The notes beneath the pieces are model-generated. The model did not search any database and had not been told where the DNA came from. It saw only the letters and a list, made by a program, of their open reading frames with translations. A program made the position numbers and the translations under genes. Shown here piece after piece: positions 16,007 to 20,639 of a DNA stretch of 20,639 bases (the stretch's first letter is position 1; every line of letters begins with the position of its first letter). Source of the stretch: Myxococcota bacterium. Its GTDB lineage: Bacteria; Myxococcota; JACRCW01. The DNA lies in NCBI GenBank assembly GCA_040752415.1, contig JBFMGU010000190.1, forward strand, positions 1-20,639. The letters run 5' to 3'.

Positions 16007-16528
16007 GTGGCCACCAAGAGCTTTGACCTGGACGGATACCTTGACGCAATCCGGCGCAAGGACATCGAGGGTGTCCTGAACATGTACGCGGATGACGTTG
16101 TCATCACGGACGTCAACAGCGACGCGGAGCTGCGCGGGAAGAGTGCGCTGCGGACCCTGATGACCAACATGAAGAGCGCGCTGCCCGACGTCGACATCGA
16201 CCCGGTGAAGGTGGTGCGGAGCAATGGAAGCCTGGCAGTGCTGGCGCACGTCCGCGCGTCGTACCCCAAGGACTTCACGGCGCCAGGCGGCGCCACGCTG
16301 GCGGTGGGCGGCAAGAAGCTGGACACCCACGCGGTGTTCTTCGTCGACGTGGACGACACCGGGCGCATCAAGCACGTGCACCGCTTCGCCGACCTGGCCG
16401 CGGTGAGCAAGCAACTGGGCCTGGACGTGGAGCAGTTGGAGGAGGTGCGCAAGCAGGTGATGGCCAGCGTCCGTCCCAAGGCGGAACGTCCCCCGCCCGG
16501 GGAGGTGATGCCGCCGCCAGCCATCTGA
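16007..16528 (+). CDS. SnoaL-like/NTF2 family protein
   Basis: D.EGVL.MYADD, LRGK.A.R, D..GRI pattern; SD GGAGG before GTG 16007. Confidence 0.75.
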   Translation: MATKSFDLDGYLDAIRRKDIEGVLNMYADDVVITDVNSDAELRGKSALRTLMTNMKSALPDVDIDPVKVVRSNGSLAVLAHVRASYPKDFTAPGGATLAVGGKKLDTHAVFFVDVDDTGRIKHVHRFADLAAVSKQLGLDVEQLEEVRKQVMASVRPKAERPPPGEVMPPPAI

Positions 16529-16546
16529 CCTGCTGCTTCCTCGTCG

Positions 16547-17113
16547 TCACACCGGCGCGCTGACCGGCGCTTCCGCGGGGACCTCCGGGCCCAGCTCCAG
16601 CCCCACCGCCGCGGCGTGGATGGTGGCCCCGATGCGGATGGCGTCATGGACCTGGTCCTCGGTGAGGCCGCCCTCCGTGACCACCTTCTCGTGCGACTGC
16701 ACGCACATCTCGCAGCCGTTGATGGCGCTCACCACCAGGCAGAACAGCTCGAAGTCCGTCTTGTTGGTGGCGGGCTTCACCAGGCGGTTCATGCGCAGGC
16801 GCGCCGGCTTCTCGGAATAGCTGCTCTTCCCCACGATGTGCCGGAACCGGTAGTACACGTTGTTCATGGCCATCAGGGCCGCCGCCGCCTGCGCGTCGTC
16901 GATCACCGGGCCATCCACCTCGCGCAGCGCGTCGGCGATGACGGCGTCGCGGAGGAACGCATTGCGCGCTGCCACCGCGGCCGCCACCGCCACGCCCCAC
17001 CGCTGCGCCGCGCTCAATGAGCCGCCCTGCAACACCGACTGCAGGTTGAGACGGATGTCCCGGGCCGGTTCCGGGATGGCGTTCCGGGCGTTCTCGAGAG
17101 CGTTCATGGTCAC
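16547..17113 (-). CDS. ahpD: Alkyl hydroperoxide reductase AhpD
   Basis: MAMNNVYYRF, FEL...VSAINGCEMCVQSHE (CxxC + His); coupled to ahpC; start GTG 17113 or ATG 17107. Confidence 0.93.
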   Translation of the reverse strand: MTMNALENARNAIPEPARDIRLNLQSVLQGGSLSAAQRWGVAVAAAVAARNAFLRDAVIADALREVDGPVIDDAQAAAALMAMNNVYYRFRHIVGKSSYSEKPARLRMNRLVKPATNKTDFELFCLVVSAINGCEMCVQSHEKVVTEGGLTEDQVHDAIRIGATIHAAAVGLELGPEVPAEAPVSAPV

Positions 17114-17649
17114 GCCGCCTCCAGGGTGGCTTCACCCTTCTTCCAGTTGCACGGGCACAGCTCGTCGGTCTGAAGCGCGTCCAGCACCCGCAGCACCTCG
17201 TCCACGTTGCGCCCCACCGAGAGGTCATTGACGCTCACGTGACGGATGATGCCCTCCGGGTCGACGATGAACGTGGCCCGCAACGCCACTCCGTCGTGAC
17301 GGTGCAGCACGCCCAGCGCGGTGGAGAGCTCGCGCTTGGTGTCGGCCACCATGGGGAACGGCAGCGCCTTGAGATCGGGGTGGTCCTTGCGCCAGGCCAG
17401 GTGCACGTAGTGCGTGTCCGTGCTGGCTCCCAGGACCTGCGCGTCACGCTCCAGGAAGTCGCGGTTCCTGCGTCCAAACTCGGCGATCTCCGTGGGACAG
17501 ATGAACGTGAAGTCCATGGGCCAGAGGAACACCACCTTCCACTTCCCCTGGAAGCTCCTGTCCGTGACCTCCTGGAACTCCTTGCCCTTCTCCAGCCCCA
17601 CCACCGCCTGCAGCTTGAACTCGGGGAAACGATCACCAACGGTCAGCAT
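17110..17649 (-). CDS. ahpC: Peroxiredoxin AhpC
   Basis: 179 aa; PMDFTFICPTE, RATFIVDP, GRNVDEVLR, ELCPCNW. Confidence 0.95.
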   Translation of the reverse strand: MLTVGDRFPEFKLQAVVGLEKGKEFQEVTDRSFQGKWKVVFLWPMDFTFICPTEIAEFGRRNRDFLERDAQVLGASTDTHYVHLAWRKDHPDLKALPFPMVADTKRELSTALGVLHRHDGVALRATFIVDPEGIIRHVSVNDLSVGRNVDEVLRVLDALQTDELCPCNWKKGEATLEAA

Positions 17650-17734
17650 CTGCTTTCATCCTTTTCTCGTCGGCCGGTGTCCATTCACCGTGCCGGAATG
17701 CGTGCAGGATGCGCTTCCGCTGGTTATTGGTCCA

Positions 17735-17771
17735 AGACATCGTTTCTATGGAACTGATAGGGTGTACCTAT
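17735..17771. promoter_or_regulatory. OxyR binding site between ahpC and oxyR
   Basis: AGAC-N7-CTAT-N7-ATAG-N7-CTAT, 14/16 match to ATAG-N7-CTAT-N7-ATAG-N7-CTAT; overlaps oxyR start. Confidence 0.85.
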
Positions 17772-18714
17772 GACAGCCGCTCCCCATCCCTTCTCCCTGC
17801 GACAACTCCAGTACGTGGTGGCGCTGGCGGACACGCTCTCGTTCCGACGCGCGGCGGAGCGGTGCCACGTCTCGCAGCCGTCGTTGAGCGCGCAACTGGC
17901 GCAGCTGGAGGAGGTGCTGGGTGTACAGCTGTTCGAGCGGGATCGACGTCGGGTGCTGCCCACCGCGGCGGGGAAGGAGCTGGTGGAGCGCGCGCGCCGG
18001 CTGCTGGTGGAGGCGGATGATTTCCTGGAGGCCGCGCGGCGCGTGGGTGACCCGCTGGCGGGCACGCTGCGCATTGGCGTCATTCCCACCATCTCGCCGT
18101 ACCTGCTGCCCGCCATCTCTCCGGCGCTGCGCAAGCAGTATCCCCGACTCACCATCCAGTGGGTGGAAGACAAGACCGCGGTGTTGGTGCGCAGCCTGGA
18201 GCAAGGGAGTTTGGATGCGGCGCTGCTGGCCCTGGAAGCGGAGCTTGGCGACGTGGAACGTGAGATCATTGCCCGCGACGATTTCATGCTGGCCGCCGCG
18301 CGTGGCCACGACCTGGCGGAGCGGACGGCCCGCGTGAAGCCCGCCGACCTGCGGGACTCCGACGTGCTGCTGCTCGAGGAGGGTCATTGCCTGCGGGAAC
18401 AGGCGCTGGCGTTCTGCTCACGCGCACGCGCGCAGGAGCTGGAGTTCCGCGCCACCAGCCTGCCCACGCTGGCGCAGATGGTGGCCAACGGCGCGGGCAT
18501 CACGTTGTTGCCGCGGCTGGCGGTGGAGACGGAGGCGCAACGCGCGGGCCTGGTGGTGCGAGAGTTCGAGGATCCGTCACCGCATCGCACGCTCGCGCTC
18601 ATCTGGCGTCGGCGCTCTCCGCTCGCGAACGCGCTCAAGCAGGTGGCGGGGACCATCCGCGAGGCCTATCCCCGCGGTGGCGCGCGCCCGCGGAGCACCG
18701 CCGCTCGACGATGA
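17770..18714 (+). CDS. oxyR: Hydrogen peroxide-sensing LysR regulator OxyR
   Basis: 314 aa; LysR HTH (VSQPSLS), GVIPTISPYLLP, LEEGHCLREQALAFC (both redox Cys), RATSL.TL.QMV; divergent from ahpC. Confidence 0.93.
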   Translation: MTAAPHPFSLRQLQYVVALADTLSFRRAAERCHVSQPSLSAQLAQLEEVLGVQLFERDRRRVLPTAAGKELVERARRLLVEADDFLEAARRVGDPLAGTLRIGVIPTISPYLLPAISPALRKQYPRLTIQWVEDKTAVLVRSLEQGSLDAALLALEAELGDVEREIIARDDFMLAAARGHDLAERTARVKPADLRDSDVLLLEEGHCLREQALAFCSRARAQELEFRATSLPTLAQMVANGAGITLLPRLAVETEAQRAGLVVREFEDPSPHRTLALIWRRRSPLANALKQVAGTIREAYPRGGARPRSTAARR

Positions 18715-18750
18715 GGAGGCCCCGCGCAAGATGTGCTACGCGGTCTGGCC

Positions 18751-19200
18751 ATGAGCCCCCTGCCGCCCATCCGACTGAGCACCATCGACGAGATGCTGGC
18801 CGAAGTGGACCGCTGGGCATCCCGCCCCAACGCCCCGGCCCGACTCGCCCGCGACCTGGCCCACTGCGCGCAGAGCATTGAGTGCGCGGTGAATGGGTTC
18901 CCGGTGCACCGCGGCTGGCTGGTGCGACGCGTGGCCGGCCCCCTGGTGCTGCGTGGTTTCCTGAAGCGGGGCCACATGAAACACGACGTGGACGCGGCCA
19001 TTCCCGGCGTGCCCCCCGTGGCACACGACATCACGGTGACGGCGGCGGTGCAGCGGCTGCAGGGCGCGGTGACGAGCTTCCGGAACGCGGCGGAGCTGCA
19101 ACCCCACTTCGCTTATGGCGTGGTGGACCGGGCGAGCTACGAGAGGGCTCAGGGCATGCACGTGGCCGATCACCTCTCACACCTGGCGCGCGCCGGCTGA
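18751..19200 (+). CDS. DUF1569/DinB-like protein
   Basis: LAHCAQSIE, PHFAYG, HVADHL His motifs; start ATG 18751 assumed. Confidence 0.75.
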   Translation: MSPLPPIRLSTIDEMLAEVDRWASRPNAPARLARDLAHCAQSIECAVNGFPVHRGWLVRRVAGPLVLRGFLKRGHMKHDVDAAIPGVPPVAHDITVTAAVQRLQGAVTSFRNAAELQPHFAYGVVDRASYERAQGMHVADHLSHLARAG

Positions 19201-19201
19201 A

Positions 19202-20197
19202 TCAGCAGGGAACCGGGGAGCCTTCCAGGTCGTAGCAGGACTGGTCGTCGACGCCACCGGAGCCATCGGTGGGGTCGGGCGTGGTGGTGCCGCCACCGTT
19301 GTCGTCGGGGGTGGTGCCGGGGTCCACGGGCGTCTCACCGGAGGGGTCGGTGCCGTCGGTGGGATCGTCGCTGCCGTCGGTGCCGTCGGCGGGATCGTCG
19401 GTGCCGTCGGCGGGCGGGTTGACCTGGTCACACGGCACCAGCGTGCCTTCCGTGGAGTAGCAGAGATCCTCGGGCTCGCCGGAGCCGTCGTCACCGGGCT
19501 GGTCGGTGCCGCCGGGCTGGTCGTCGTCGCCGGGCGTGGGATCCAGCGGGTCGGCGGGCGGGACGGAGCAGTCATCCTGCGTGCCCAGGTTGAGGTCGCG
19601 CAGCTTGATGACGGGGCGGAGGATGAAGGTGTCATCCGCGCCGCGACCGTGGATGTGGATGGACTTCTTCACGTCCATGTCCAGGTTGACCACGGCGTCG
19701 TCGCAGGCGTTGAGGTTCCACGGTCCCTTGATCTTGATGCCGCTCTGCAGACCGGAGGGCACCTTGAGCGGATGCTGCGTGCCATCCTCGGCCAGCACGT
19801 AGGAGGCGGGGTCCTCGGCGACGTAGAGGCGGATCTGCGTGACCTTGCCTTGCGGCATGTTGGCAAAGCCCAGCTCGGCGGTGTGGTCGCCGAGGCGGAG
19901 CAGGTCGATGGTCACGGGATCCTCGGAGAGGACCACCCAGCCCTGCCCGGCCGCGTGGGCCACCACCTTGCGCACGGATACGACGATCTCCTGAAGGCCC
20001 CCGACCCCATGGGGTCCGTTCCCCCGGGAGAGCTGGGCGCTGCCCGGAGCCGCTTGGAGGCGAACCGCCAGACGGGAGGACGCTGTCCGCGCCGCACCAC
20101 CCAACATGGCGCTCATTCCGACGTCAGCAGGCCCGAATTGCCCGCAGCCGAGAAACAGCACCGCACCACCCAGGACCCAACCACGCAGCTTGCGCAT
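19202..20197 (-). CDS. DUF4382 domain lipoprotein with acidic low-complexity tail
   Basis: Lipobox FLGC; TIDLL.L, G..TQIRL, LKVPSG.QSGIKI, LDMD..KSI, ILRPVI; D/G/P/T-rich C-terminus; SD GGAGG. Confidence 0.85.
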   Translation of the reverse strand: MRKLRGWVLGGAVLFLGCGQFGPADVGMSAMLGGAARTASSRLAVRLQAAPGSAQLSRGNGPHGVGGLQEIVVSVRKVVAHAAGQGWVVLSEDPVTIDLLRLGDHTAELGFANMPQGKVTQIRLYVAEDPASYVLAEDGTQHPLKVPSGLQSGIKIKGPWNLNACDDAVVNLDMDVKKSIHIHGRGADDTFILRPVIKLRDLNLGTQDDCSVPPADPLDPTPGDDDQPGGTDQPGDDGSGEPEDLCYSTEGTLVPCDQVNPPADGTDDPADGTDGSDDPTDGTDPSGETPVDPGTTPDDNGGGTTTPDPTDGSGGVDDQSCYDLEGSPVPC

Positions 20198-20229
20198 CGC
20201 CTCTCCTCCGGTCAGTTGCCGTCACCATC

Positions 20230-20245
20230 AGCAAGCGGTGCGCCA
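20230..20245 (-). promoter_or_regulatory. sigma54 promoter of the DUF4382 gene
   Basis: Minus strand TGGCGCA-CCGC-TTGCT, GG-N10-GC, 32 bp upstream of the start codon. Confidence 0.7.
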
Positions 20246-20509
20246 GCCCTTCCGGGGCGTGAAGCGCGTTCCGCCTGGGGGCCGCCGGCCCCGGCATGCC
20301 CGGCCGTTCACAGCGGTCGGACGGCCACGCCGCGAAGAGCCGTGATGGTGCGCCATGCACCCGCACCGCCGCGCGCGTCGTGATGGTGGCGTTATGAACC
20401 GCGCCGGAGGTTGCGCGCGTGCGTCAGCCATCCGAGGTGACCGTCGGCACACCCGAAAGCGCGAGCGGGAGCGGAGAGCGAGCGGGGTACTACCGACAAG
20501 GAGCTGTGT

Positions 20510-20551
20510 GTGAGCAATCTGCCCAATTCGTTGTGGCCGGCGAACACCTAA
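20510..20551 (+). CDS. Candidate 13-aa small ORF (MSNLPNSLWPANT)
   Basis: AAGGAG (20498-20503) 6 nt before GTG 20510; stop TAA 20549-20551. Confidence 0.3.
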   Translation: MSNLPNSLWPANT

Positions 20552-20581
20552 CCCCCCCCGTTCAAGCCGTCCTGCTCGCTC

Positions 20582-20635
20582 GCCCCCCTTCCCCAGTACC
20601 AATTTCCCGTCGTCACCGAGCCGGGGAAGGGGGGC
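20582..20635. repeat. Perfect 13-bp inverted repeat
   Basis: GCCCCCCTTCCCC (20582-20594) / GGGGAAGGGGGGC (20623-20635), 28-nt loop. Confidence 0.75.
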
Positions 20636-20639
20636 AATC

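Noticed and set aside
7012..19200. Single stress island uniting rtc, copper oxidase, lemA and oxyR-ahpCD
   Set aside because: Each module has separate regulatory sites and no mobility genes or boundaries are visible; proximity alone is not evidence
20488..20570. Fifth array-like unit on the minus strand (contains CCTTG and TGAACGGG)
   Set aside because: Lacks ATGC and TACAT, has no inner stem, and the enclosing stem pairs better on the + strand
19115..20602. ORFs 19115-20383(+) and 20228-20602(-)
   Set aside because: The first is a shadow of the DUF4382 gene; the second is Arg-rich, has no motif and overlaps the sigma54 promoter

Overview
GC-rich bacterial DNA; gene content and sigma54 usage suggest Myxococcota, but that is inference. 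Bases 1-6.8 kb hold an RNA-repair locus: a Ro60/TROVE gene (rsr), a 350-bp structured non-coding region, then yqjF-like and rtcR on the minus strand and divergent rtcB-rtcA. The region right after rsr (1756-2098) is a tandem array of three clear and one degenerate hairpin units. They share short loop motifs (ATGC...TACAT...CCTTG) while their stems differ in sequence but keep pairing. These are candidate Y-RNA-like Ro60 ligands with no tRNA-like arm. rsr and rtcB have near-identical sigma54 promoters, each with a TATC-N6-GATA palindrome at the same spacing. Next come an atypical two-domain multicopper oxidase lipoprotein divergent from an FAD oxidoreductase/YfhO-like pair (Fur-like boxes between them), a GGCT, an SDR, a lemA-TPM-TPM operon, a secreted protein, a SnoaL-like protein, ahpD-ahpC/oxyR with an OxyR box, DUF1569, a sigma54-driven DUF4382 lipoprotein, and a terminal structured region containing a 13-codon sORF. 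All folds and family calls were made by eye, without computation.
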